Shown piece after piece: positions 26,882 through 35,423 of a DNA stretch of 43,306 nt. A program made the position numbers and the translations under genes. Numbering within the stretch: position 1 is the first letter of the stretch; each line of letters opens with the position of its first letter. The notes under the pieces are model-generated. The model was not told the origin of the DNA, searched no databases, and was given only the letters and a program-made list of their open reading frames with translations. Source of the stretch: Candidatus Omnitrophota bacterium (lineage in GTDB: Bacteria > Omnitrophota > Gorgyraeia > Zapsychrales > JBDRMG01); contig JBDRMG010000033.1 of NCBI GenBank assembly GCA_043812495.1, forward strand, positions 1-43,306. The letters are read 5' to 3'.

Positions 26882-27884
26882 GATTCGAAAATTCCTTTAA
26901 TTGTTCGAGTTTCTGACGCGCCTTTCCCGAATCAATGGTCTTGCATGCCAGAACCACGCCGTCGCTGATTGTGGGGCACACCTCGGCCGTATAGAGAGCG
27001 CAGGCCGCGTTCAAAACGACAATGTCGCGTTTCGGTCCCTTTTGACCCCCGAGAATATCCTCGGCAATTCCCACATTGGTCTCGACATCTCCTCCCCGTA
27101 AATCCTCCGGTTTAGCCAAGGGAATGCCGACCTCCGCCGGAGAAATGGTATAGGACTGGATTCCGTCGCCTTTGTATTCGCTCACAAAAGTATCCCCTGT
27201 GGTCGTGGCCTCATCCAGGCCGTCGTTCCCGTGAACAACCATGGCTCGTTTCAGTCCGAGGTTTTTCAGAACCTTTGCCATAGGTTCAACAAGATCGCGG
27301 CTATACACACCCATCATCTGATGGGTGGCCATGGCCGGATTGGTTAAAGGACCAAGAACATTGAAGATCGTTTCAACACCCAATTCTTTGCGGACGCACG
27401 CGGCATGCTTCATGGCCGGATGCAGCTTCTGGGCAAATAAAAATGCTATACCGATCGTATCCAAACATTCGCCAAGGCGACCCGTGCTCATGTTAAGATT
27501 CACCCCTAAACCTTCCAGGATATCGGCGCTTCCGCATCGGCTTGAGACAGAGCGATTGCCGTGTTTGGCTACGGCCACACCCGCTGCGGCCAAAACCAGG
27601 GCCGTCAGCGTCGAAATATTGAACGTCCCTGTTTTATCTCCGCCTGTTCCGCACGTATCCAAAACGACCTCATGCTTTGTTGTGATGGGGATAACGAATT
27701 TGCGCATGATTCTGGCCGCACCGGTGATCTCTTCAACCGTGGGTCCTTTCTCGCGCAGCGCCATCAAAAAGGCCGCCAGGTCGTCTTTGGTGGCGGTTCC
27801 CGACATGACCTCATGCATCACGCGTTCCATTTCGAGGGCCGTCAGATTCTCTTTGTTTAAAATTTTTTCTATGAATTCTCTCAT
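26874..27884 (-). CDS. trpD: Anthranilate phosphoribosyltransferase
   Basis: DTCGTGGD, NIST, KHGNRSVSS, GLDE; ATG 27884 (track extension lies in element copy 11). Confidence 0.95.
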   Translation of the reverse strand: MREFIEKILNKENLTALEMERVMHEVMSGTATKDDLAAFLMALREKGPTVEEITGAARIMRKFVIPITTKHEVVLDTCGTGGDKTGTFNISTLTALVLAAAGVAVAKHGNRSVSSRCGSADILEGLGVNLNMSTGRLGECLDTIGIAFLFAQKLHPAMKHAACVRKELGVETIFNVLGPLTNPAMATHQMMGVYSRDLVEPMAKVLKNLGLKRAMVVHGNDGLDEATTTGDTFVSEYKGDGIQSYTISPAEVGIPLAKPEDLRGGDVETNVGIAEDILGGQKGPKRDIVVLNAACALYTAEVCPTISDGVVLACKTIDSGKARQKLEQLKEFSNRA

Positions 27885-27901
27885 CGGATATTTAGAAAGT
27901 A

Positions 27902-28034
27902 GAAAAAGTATTGTTGTATTTACTTTATCCCCGCCCGCCACTGAAGCAATGGCGGGCGGGGTCAATTCGTCCTTATGACTTATGTCGTCCGCCCCTGAAT
28001 CTATGGCGGACTCCATAAGTCATGGCCTCATTGA
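27902..28034 (-). repeat. Structured intergenic element, copy 11 (supplies the trpG stop)
   Basis: Minus strand TCAAT-GA-GGCC-ATGACTTATG...CATAAGTCAT-AA-GGAC-GA-ATTGA, hairpin CCCCGCCCGCCATTG/CAGTGGCGGGCGGGG, tail. Confidence 0.9.
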
Positions 28035-28590
28035 TCAGAAAGTTGCTTAAAATCTTTTTTCCTTCATCGGTAAGAATGGATTCCGGATGAAACTGCACGC
28101 CCTTCAAGGGATATTCTTTATGACGAACACCCATAATTTCGCCGTCTTTGGTCCACGCTGTGATCTCTAAACACTTGGGCAAGCTCTTTTTTTCAACCAC
28201 AAGAGAATGATAACGCGTTGCCTCAAAGGGATTTTTGATAGACTTAAAAATATCCTTTTGATGATGGTGAATCAGTGAGGTCTTTCCGTGCATGAGTTTC
28301 TTGGCGCGGATAATCTTTCCGCCGAAAGCATAGCCAATGCACTGATGCCCCAGACAAACTCCCAAAATAGGAATTTTGGCCGCAAGCGACTTAATAATAT
28401 CAACCGAGATTCCGGCGCCTTCGGGACGGCCCGGCCCGGGGGAAATCACAATCTGCTGTGGATTGATTTTCTTGATTCCCTCCAGAGTGATTTTATCGTT
28501 GCGAATGACCTTGAGGTCTGCACCAAGCTCTCCTAAATATTGAACAAGGTTATACGTGAAAGAATCGTAATTATCGATCACGAGAATCAT
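27973..28590 (-). CDS. trpG: Anthranilate synthase component II / PabA-type glutamine amidotransferase
   Basis: [30 protein letters not shown]; directly upstream of trpD. Confidence 0.92.
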   Translation of the reverse strand: MILVIDNYDSFTYNLVQYLGELGADLKVIRNDKITLEGIKKINPQQIVISPGPGRPEGAGISVDIIKSLAAKIPILGVCLGHQCIGYAFGGKIIRAKKLMHGKTSLIHHHQKDIFKSIKNPFEATRYHSLVVEKKSLPKCLEITAWTKDGEIMGVRHKEYPLKGVQFHPESILTDEGKKILSNFLINEAMTYGVRHRFRGGRHKS

Positions 28591-28609
28591 GATTTATACC
28601 TTTCCTAAA

Positions 28610-28750
28610 AAATGACAAATACCAAATGTCAAATGACAAACAAATCTCAAATGGAAAATGTCAAAACAAAAAAATGATATTTCAATTCTTTCATTTGGAT
28701 TTTGGCATTTGGCATTAATTTGACATTTGAAATTTGACATTTATCATTCA
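28610..28750. repeat. Inverted micro-repeat array, 7-nt period (AAATGAC/GTCATTT type)
   Basis: AATGACAAATACCAAATGTCAAATGACAAA... / ...TTTGGCATTTGGCATT..TTTGACATTTGAAATTTGACATTT. Confidence 0.85.
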
Positions 28751-28757
28751 TAGCCAC

Positions 28758-30026
28758 TCATTCTTTCTCTCGTGTGACCTTAGCGCCCAGTTGAGCTAGC
28801 TTCTTATCCAGATCTTCATATCCGCGTTCCAAGTGATAAATGCGGGATATTTCCGTTGTTCCTTGCGCGGCGAGCCCCGCGATCACTAAAGCGGCTGAAG
28901 CGCGCAGATCAGAAGCCATCACAGGCGCTCCATAAAGTTTTTTCACACCTTGAATAATAGCGCTATCGCCCTCTCGCCGGATATTGGCTCCCATGCGATT
29001 GAGTTCGGCGATATGCATATAGCGGTCCGGGAATACCTTTTCTGTAACCACGCTTACACCCGGCGTCAAGGCCATGAGCGTGATGAACTGCGCCTGAAGG
29101 TCTGTCGGAAATCCGGGATAGGGATACGTGGAGACGCTAACAGCCTCTAGAGTTTTATCGCAGCGCACAGTGATATTATTTCCGTCGCGGTCAATTTTCA
29201 CTCCGGCTGACCTCAATTTATCAACTAAAGCCATAATATGTTTGTAGCGAACGTCTTTGAGTGTAATACGGCTTTTTGTGGCCACCGCCATTAAGATGAA
29301 TGTTCCTGTCTCAATGCGATCAGGAATCGCCGAATAGTCAGCTCCGTGAAGTTTTTTGACGCCCCGGATGGTTATGGTTGGCGAACCATGGCCTGAAATA
29401 TTGGCTCCCATTTCGATTAAGAAATTGGCCACGTCTTCAACTTCGGGTTCGCAGGCCGCTGACTCGATCATGGTTTCGCCCGAAGCCAAGGTGGCCGCCA
29501 TCATCACATTAACCGTCGCAAGTACCGAAGATCCATAAACACCGCCAAGATAAATATGATTTCCTTTTAATTTGGATGTTTTTCCGATGACATAACCGCC
29601 TTCGAACTCAAATTTGGCTCCCAAATCCCGCAGACCCTTCAAGTGCAGATCGACCGGCCGCACGCCGATGACGCAACCGCCAGGCAAAGAAACCTTGGCT
29701 TTTTTGAGTTTCGCTAAAAGCGGTCCCAGCACGCAAAAAGAACCGCGCATGGTTGAGACAAGCTTGTAATCCGCGATATGAGACAACGGCCCCTTTGATG
29801 AAATGGTAACTCGATTTCCGCCGACTTCGACAGACTTTCCCATGGAACGCAACAGCTTAACCATCGTCAATGTATCGCGCAAGCGGGGAACATTGCGAAG
29901 GATGCAGGGTTCATCCGTCAAAAGCGTAGCCGCCATCAGCGGAAGGGCCGCATTCTTGGCCCCGCTGATTTTGATAGCGCCTTTTAATTTTTGATTTCCC
30001 TGAATGACAAGTTTATCCATGCTCAC
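28758..30026 (-). CDS. murA: UDP-N-acetylglucosamine 1-carboxyvinyltransferase
   Basis: GAKNAALP, LPGGC.IG.RP, PDRIE, PGFPTDLQ, DLRA. Confidence 0.96.
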   Translation of the reverse strand: MSMDKLVIQGNQKLKGAIKISGAKNAALPLMAATLLTDEPCILRNVPRLRDTLTMVKLLRSMGKSVEVGGNRVTISSKGPLSHIADYKLVSTMRGSFCVLGPLLAKLKKAKVSLPGGCVIGVRPVDLHLKGLRDLGAKFEFEGGYVIGKTSKLKGNHIYLGGVYGSSVLATVNVMMAATLASGETMIESAACEPEVEDVANFLIEMGANISGHGSPTITIRGVKKLHGADYSAIPDRIETGTFILMAVATKSRITLKDVRYKHIMALVDKLRSAGVKIDRDGNNITVRCDKTLEAVSVSTYPYPGFPTDLQAQFITLMALTPGVSVVTEKVFPDRYMHIAELNRMGANIRREGDSAIIQGVKKLYGAPVMASDLRASAALVIAGLAAQGTTEISRIYHLERGYEDLDKKLAQLGAKVTREKE

Positions 30027-30817
30027 CTCACCTGTGCCATTATAGCACGTTCTGTGTTGGCGTAATCTTTAAGAATATCCTTTATAACCCAGCAGGAATT
30101 TTCATTGAATAAAGCCACGATATCTTCTGATTGTCCGTCGCCCATTTCAAGAAACAAAAATCCTTTGTCCTTTAGAAATTCAGGACTCTTTCGAATAATG
30201 CGCCGATAAAAATCCAAGCCGTCTTCTCCTCCGTCCAGGGCAATTTTTGGTTCTCGCTGAACATTCGCGGGAAGTTTGCCGAGTTCGCCCGTTGGGATGT
30301 ACGGAGGGTTGGATACGATGCAATCAAACTTTTTTGATTCACTTGGCGCGTCAGAAAAAGAGAATAAATCACTTTTGATCCATTGAACTCGCTGTGCTAG
30401 GCCGTTGATCTGAGCGTTCTTTTGAGCAACAGCCAAGGCTTCTTGAGAAATATCGAGTGCCGTAATCATCGCTTTAGGTAACTCCTTGGCTAGGCTTAAA
30501 GCAATATTGCCGCTACCGGTCCCGATATCCAGAATAGAGGAAGATTCCCATCCGGCCAATCTTATTTGATGAAGCATAAATTCAACCAAAAGCTCTGTTT
30601 CCGGCCGTGGGATAAGAACAGATGAATTCACTGTTAAGACAATATTCATAAATTCACATTGACCGGTAATATATTGAAGCGGCTCTCCCGCATCTTTGCG
30701 GGATTGCATAAGCGCAAGCTCAAGGCGTTCGCTTGGCGTCAGAGGCTGGGGATCAACGTACAGATCAATCCGTCGGCATTTTTTGATAGTCGTAAGCAAT
30801 AATTCATTTTCGTTCAT
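30023..30817 (-). CDS. prmC: Release factor glutamine methyltransferase
   Basis: GEPLQYI, VLIPRPETE, LDIGTGSG, SNPPY; follows prfA; ATG 30817. Confidence 0.93.
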   Translation of the reverse strand: MNENELLLTTIKKCRRIDLYVDPQPLTPSERLELALMQSRKDAGEPLQYITGQCEFMNIVLTVNSSVLIPRPETELLVEFMLHQIRLAGWESSSILDIGTGSGNIALSLAKELPKAMITALDISQEALAVAQKNAQINGLAQRVQWIKSDLFSFSDAPSESKKFDCIVSNPPYIPTGELGKLPANVQREPKIALDGGEDGLDFYRRIIRKSPEFLKDKGFLFLEMGDGQSEDIVALFNENSCWVIKDILKDYANTERAIMAQVR

Positions 30818-31889
30818 GGGATGCCTTGGCCTCTGCTTCTCTTTGGGCTTGAGAGAGTGCGTCTGTAATTTCATTTAAGTCGCCGTCTAAAACCTTCATG
30901 AGCTGATGGGTCGTAAAATTGATCCGATGATCTGTGATGCGTCGATCGGGAAAATTGTAGGTGCGGATTTTCTCGCTGCGATCTCCGCTGCCGACCATTG
31001 CCTTGCGTTCCTGACTCGTCTTGTCCAGGTTATCTTGTTTCATTTTATCCAGAAGCCGCGCACGCAAGACACGCATGGCCTTTGTCTTATTCTTAAGTTG
31101 CGAGCGTTCGTCCTGGCAGATGACCACCATCCCCGTGGGAAGATGGGTGATGCGAATCGCCGAATCCGTTGTATTCACGCTTTGGCCTCCGGGGCCTGAG
31201 GAGCGAAAAACATCGATTTTCAGCTCCTTGGGATCAATGTTTAATTCCACCTCTTCGGGCTCAAATAAAACAGCGACGGTGGCGGCGGATGTATGAATAC
31301 GGCCTGAGGCTTCGGTCGTTGGAACGCGCTGAACGCGATGCACACCGCTTTCCCATCGCAAGCGCTGGGACGCCCCTTTTCCGCTTAAACTAAAAATAAC
31401 TTCTTTGATCCCATTCCCTTCGTTTGTGCTGATGCTGATGGGCTCCAGTTTCCACCCTTGTTGGGCCGCGAATTTGGAGTACATCCGATACAAGTCAGCG
31501 GCAAAAAGACCGGCTTCGACGCCGCCGGTACCGGCGCGAATTTCTATAATCAAATCCATATCTTTTTCTTGCAGCTTCGGATTCAAATAATCATTGAGCG
31601 CGGCCTCAAGGTCATTAACCTTTTCTTCCAAATCCTTCAATTCCGCTAAAGCAAGCTGTTCAAAGTCTTTATCATGTTTTTCCTCGAGCATTTTTTTGGT
31701 TTCTTTGATTTGACTTTGCCATTTCTTGTATATGCGGAAAGAACGAACCAAGCCGGACAAATCAGAAAACTCCTTGGCGAGTTTTTGATATTGTGATTGA
31801 TCGGCCATGGTTTCCGGCTGAGACAAAAGATGTTCAAGATCTTGATAGCGTTTTTCTTTAATCTGACATTGATCAAACAAAGAGCTCAT
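30804..31889 (-). CDS. prfA: Peptide chain release factor 1
   Basis: VQRVPTTE (PxT), GGQSVN, RTYNFP; next to prmC. Confidence 0.96.
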   Translation of the reverse strand: MSSLFDQCQIKEKRYQDLEHLLSQPETMADQSQYQKLAKEFSDLSGLVRSFRIYKKWQSQIKETKKMLEEKHDKDFEQLALAELKDLEEKVNDLEAALNDYLNPKLQEKDMDLIIEIRAGTGGVEAGLFAADLYRMYSKFAAQQGWKLEPISISTNEGNGIKEVIFSLSGKGASQRLRWESGVHRVQRVPTTEASGRIHTSAATVAVLFEPEEVELNIDPKELKIDVFRSSGPGGQSVNTTDSAIRITHLPTGMVVICQDERSQLKNKTKAMRVLRARLLDKMKQDNLDKTSQERKAMVGSGDRSEKIRTYNFPDRRITDHRINFTTHQLMKVLDGDLNEITDALSQAQREAEAKASHERK

Positions 31890-31921
31890 TTGACATAATC
31901 CTATCTTTCAAAAGAATAATC

Positions 31922-32128
31922 TTACGATTTCTTCTTGCCGTATCGTTTTTCAAACCGCTCGATGCGTCCGGCGGTATCCACATACTTTTTATCGCCGGTA
32001 AAAAACGGATGGCAACTGGAACAAATCTCCACGCGAATATTTTTTGTGCTGGATCGTGTATGAATCACATTCCCGCACGCACAAGTCACGGTCGTTTCTT
32101 CATATTTGGGGTGGATTCCCTTTTTCAT
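31922..32128 (-). CDS. rpmE: 50S ribosomal protein L31 (Zn-binding form)
   Basis: [29 protein letters not shown]. Confidence 0.96.
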   Translation of the reverse strand: MKKGIHPKYEETTVTCACGNVIHTRSSTKNIRVEICSSCHPFFTGDKKYVDTAGRIERFEKRYGKKKS

Positions 32129-32152
32129 TTTCTTCTCCTTCTTTCATGGATA

Positions 32153-33472
32153 TTATTTGTTAAGATTTTCCAAAAATTCTTTATTGGTCTTAAACCGTGC
32201 CAGTTTCTCGAGCAACAATTCCATGGACTCGGCGGAATTCAAGTCATTTAAGACTTTCCTCAAAAGCCAAATACGCTGCAGTTCATCTTCTTGGATCAAT
32301 AACTCCTCATGACGCGTATTGGATCGGCGAATATCGATGGCCGGATAGATACGGCGTTGGAACAAATTGCGGTCCAACTGCAATTCCATATTGCCCGTTC
32401 CCTTGAATTCCTCAAAAATAACTTCATCCATGCGGCTGCCCGTATCGACTAAGGCAGTAGCGATAATCGTGAGACTTCCGCCTTCTTCCACAGCACGCGC
32501 GGCACCGAAGAATCTTTTTGGCTTGTGCAAGGCGTTGGAATCAACACCGCCGGATAGAATTTTGCCGCTGTGAGGTTCAACCGTATTATAGGCGCGCGCC
32601 AAGCGTGTGATGCTGTCTAAGAGAATAACCACATCACGCTTGTGCTCCACCAAACGCTTGGCCTTCTCAAGGATAATTTCCGCGATCTGCACATGCCGTT
32701 CGGCCGGCTCGTCAAACGTGGAGGAAATTACTTCACCTTTGACGGAGCGCTGCATGTCGGTCACTTCTTCGGGCCGCTCATCAATCAGAAGAATCAGCAA
32801 AATGACATCCGGCTGATTTTGCGTGATCGCATTAGCGATTTTCTGAAGAAGAACTGTTTTCCCCGAATACGGCTGCGCCACAATCAAGGCCCTTTGCCCT
32901 TTTCCTAAAGGTGTCAAAAGATCCATCACCCGCATGGACATTTCTTTGGGCGCAGTTTCTAAAAGAATTCTTTCTTTCGGATAAAGCGGCGTCAGGTTAT
33001 CAAAAAGAATTTTATCTTTGCATTTTTCCGGATTCTCAAAATTCACCGCTTCCACCTTCAGGAGCGCAAAGTATTTTTCGCCTTCTTTGGGCGGACGGAT
33101 GTGACCGCTCACGATATCGCCGGTCTTCAGATTGAATTTGCGAATCTGTGACGGAGATATGTAAATATCATCCGGACACGGCAGATAGTTGTAGTTGGCG
33201 CTCCTTAAGAATCCGAAACCTTCGGGCAGGATCTCGAGCGTTCCGCCGCCAAACATCAATCCTTCCTGCTCCGCTTGACCTTGCAGAATCCTAAAAATAA
33301 GATCCTGTTTCTTCATTCCGCTAATGCCGTTGATATTCATGTCTCGGGCGAATTTCGCAAGCTCGGAAATCTTCATGAGCTTTAGCTTATCGATATCCAC
33401 TTGTTGCGACTTTGTTGGTTTTTTCTCTTTTTCTGTCATGTTCTTTTCTTCCTTTTCGACAGTCTCAGCCAT
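32153..33472 (-). CDS. rho: Transcription termination factor Rho
   Basis: [47 protein letters not shown]. Confidence 0.97.
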   Translation of the reverse strand: MAETVEKEEKNMTEKEKKPTKSQQVDIDKLKLMKISELAKFARDMNINGISGMKKQDLIFRILQGQAEQEGLMFGGGTLEILPEGFGFLRSANYNYLPCPDDIYISPSQIRKFNLKTGDIVSGHIRPPKEGEKYFALLKVEAVNFENPEKCKDKILFDNLTPLYPKERILLETAPKEMSMRVMDLLTPLGKGQRALIVAQPYSGKTVLLQKIANAITQNQPDVILLILLIDERPEEVTDMQRSVKGEVISSTFDEPAERHVQIAEIILEKAKRLVEHKRDVVILLDSITRLARAYNTVEPHSGKILSGGVDSNALHKPKRFFGAARAVEEGGSLTIIATALVDTGSRMDEVIFEEFKGTGNMELQLDRNLFQRRIYPAIDIRRSNTRHEELLIQEDELQRIWLLRKVLNDLNSAESMELLLEKLARFKTNKEFLENLNK

Positions 33473-34044
33473 ATATCCTCCACTTGTTTTTCTGTTTGTG
33501 CTAAACGATTTCTGTTATCAATCATTATATCCGCGCATCGGATTTTTTCGCGCATGGACAACTGAGCCCGTATTCTCTTTTTGATATCGGCCGGACAAAT
33601 GCCTTTACGCTCGACAATCCGCTTGATTTGTAAGGCCCGATTGGCCTTGACAACGATAAGAGTATCAACATATTTATGTAAACCGGCTTCGATCAAAAGA
33701 GGGGCATCGATCACAACAGCCGAAATGGCTTTGTTTTTTTGATATTTCCTGATGGCTTTCTTGATATCCCGCACAACAGGAGGATGAATGATGTTGCATA
33801 ATTTTTTTAAACCTTTGGGGGAATTGAATACAATGCGCGCCAACTTTTTCCGGTCAATCCGGCCATCCGTGAGAATCCTTTGGCCAAACAAACGCACAAC
33901 CGCTTGAAAACACTCGCCGTTTCTTCGCATCAAGGGCCGCGTCATTTCATCGGCATTCAGAAGGCGAGCGCCTTTTTTCTCAAACATTCTGGCCACTGTT
34001 GTTTTTCCGGATCCAAAACTTCCAGTAATCCCTATGACAAGCAT
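33436..34044 (-). CDS. coaE: Dephospho-CoA kinase
   Basis: [30 protein letters not shown]. Confidence 0.93.
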   Translation of the reverse strand: MLVIGITGSFGSGKTTVARMFEKKGARLLNADEMTRPLMRRNGECFQAVVRLFGQRILTDGRIDRKKLARIVFNSPKGLKKLCNIIHPPVVRDIKKAIRKYQKNKAISAVVIDAPLLIEAGLHKYVDTLIVVKANRALQIKRIVERKGICPADIKKRIRAQLSMREKIRCADIMIDNRNRLAQTEKQVEDIWLRLSKRKKRT

Positions 34045-35423
34045 TGCCGATATAACCTCACGTAGTCCTGAGCTGATTTTTCCCAGGAAAAATCCACTTG
34101 AAATGCTCGGGCGATCAAATCGCGGAAATCATCTTTTCTCTTAAAGACCTCAACGGCCCTTTCCATTTCCCGGATTAATGTCTTTGCATCGTACGCCGGC
34201 ATGACAAACCCGTTTCCGTTGCCGGCTGCTGATTCCAAAGGCTTCACGGTGTCAACCAGTCCTCCGCGGTCAGAAACGATCGGGATTGTCCCGTAATGGA
34301 GACTGATCATTTGATTCAAACCGCACGGTTCATAGGCCGAGGGCATCAACAGAAAGTCACAGCCCGCATACATCTGATGCGCTTTTGTTTCGTTGAAATC
34401 AAGGAAAGTAGCCATTTTTTGAGGATGCTGTCGGGCTAAATCGCTTAAAAAATGCTCAAATCTTTCTTCGCCGACACCCAGAAAGATCAACTGCAGATCC
34501 AGCTTCAGAATCTCGGCAAGAGCCTCTTTTAAGAGCACAAGGCCTTTTTGTTCAACCAATCGCCCGATAAATCCAAAAAGAGGAATATCCGCATCCGCGG
34601 GAAGCTGCGCCGTCTCCTGCAACTTCTTTTTGTTGACCTGCTTGCCTGTGCAATTTTCTTTGTTATATGTTTTTTCAATAAAGCGGTCGCTCTCGGAATT
34701 CCACGTGGTTTCATCCAGGCCATTTAATATGCCGATGACGGGATTTTTCCTCTTGCGCAAAGTCCCTTCCAGACCGCAACCAAATTCTTTTTCCTGAATC
34801 TCTTTGGCGTACTGAGGGCTGACCGTTGAAACACAGTCACTGTGCATAATCCCCGCATGCAGAAAGTTGATTCGGTTGTTGAACATCAATCCGTCCTCAA
34901 TGAAATCCAGCTTTGCCGCTTCGTTTTTTGGAAAAATTCCCTGATAGGAAATATTATGTATGGTTAAGACCGATTTCATGTTCTGATAGAATGGATCGGT
35001 TTTGTATTTCGTCTTCAAAAGAACAGGGATCAGGGCTGTCGGCCAATCATGACAATGGATAATATCCGCTTGAAAAGAGATTGTTTTCAATAATTCCAAC
35101 GCAGCTTGACTAAAGAAGTGAAAACGTTCTAGATTGTCTTTGTAATCGCCCTTTTTGTCTCCGTAGATGCCTTCCCGGTCAAAATATTCCGCATGATTGA
35201 TCAAATAAACCTTGATATTTTTGCCGATACGCGTCTGGGTGACATGCTCATTCACTTGCCGGATCGAAGCTTGATTGACTCGGATGCACAGATAATGCGG
35301 CAAGATTATGACGACCTCTATTCCTTGTTTCTCTAAAGCCAGGGGCAAGGCGCCGCAGACATCTCCCAGGCCGCCTGTTTTGGCTAAAGGTGCAACTTCT
35401 GTTGAAAAAAAGGTAACTTTCAT
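34032..35423 (-). CDS. glgA: Glycogen synthase (GT5)
   Basis: KTGGLGDV, HCHDW, TIHN, GILNG, GRL..QKG, EPCGL.Q. Confidence 0.93.
   Translation of the reverse strand: MKVTFFSTEVAPLAKTGGLGDVCGALPLALEKQGIEVVIILPHYLCIRVNQASIRQVNEHVTQTRIGKNIKVYLINHAEYFDREGIYGDKKGDYKDNLERFHFFSQAALELLKTISFQADIIHCHDWPTALIPVLLKTKYKTDPFYQNMKSVLTIHNISYQGIFPKNEAAKLDFIEDGLMFNNRINFLHAGIMHSDCVSTVSPQYAKEIQEKEFGCGLEGTLRKRKNPVIGILNGLDETTWNSESDRFIEKTYNKENCTGKQVNKKKLQETAQLPADADIPLFGFIGRLVEQKGLVLLKEALAEILKLDLQLIFLGVGEERFEHFLSDLARQHPQKMATFLDFNETKAHQMYAGCDFLLMPSAYEPCGLNQMISLHYGTIPIVSDRGGLVDTVKPLESAAGNGNGFVMPAYDAKTLIREMERAVEVFKRKDDFRDLIARAFQVDFSWEKSAQDYVRLYRQCLS

Noticed and set aside
27885..28016. N-terminal extension of TrpD given by the ORF track (similar extensions for argS to 15998, and to 8357, 5134 and 25370)
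   Set aside because: The extensions are translations of the repeat element; homology or SD position supports the downstream starts
32850..32885. Rho P-loop variant AQPYSGKT
   Set aside because: GKT and all other Rho motifs are intact; likely lineage variation
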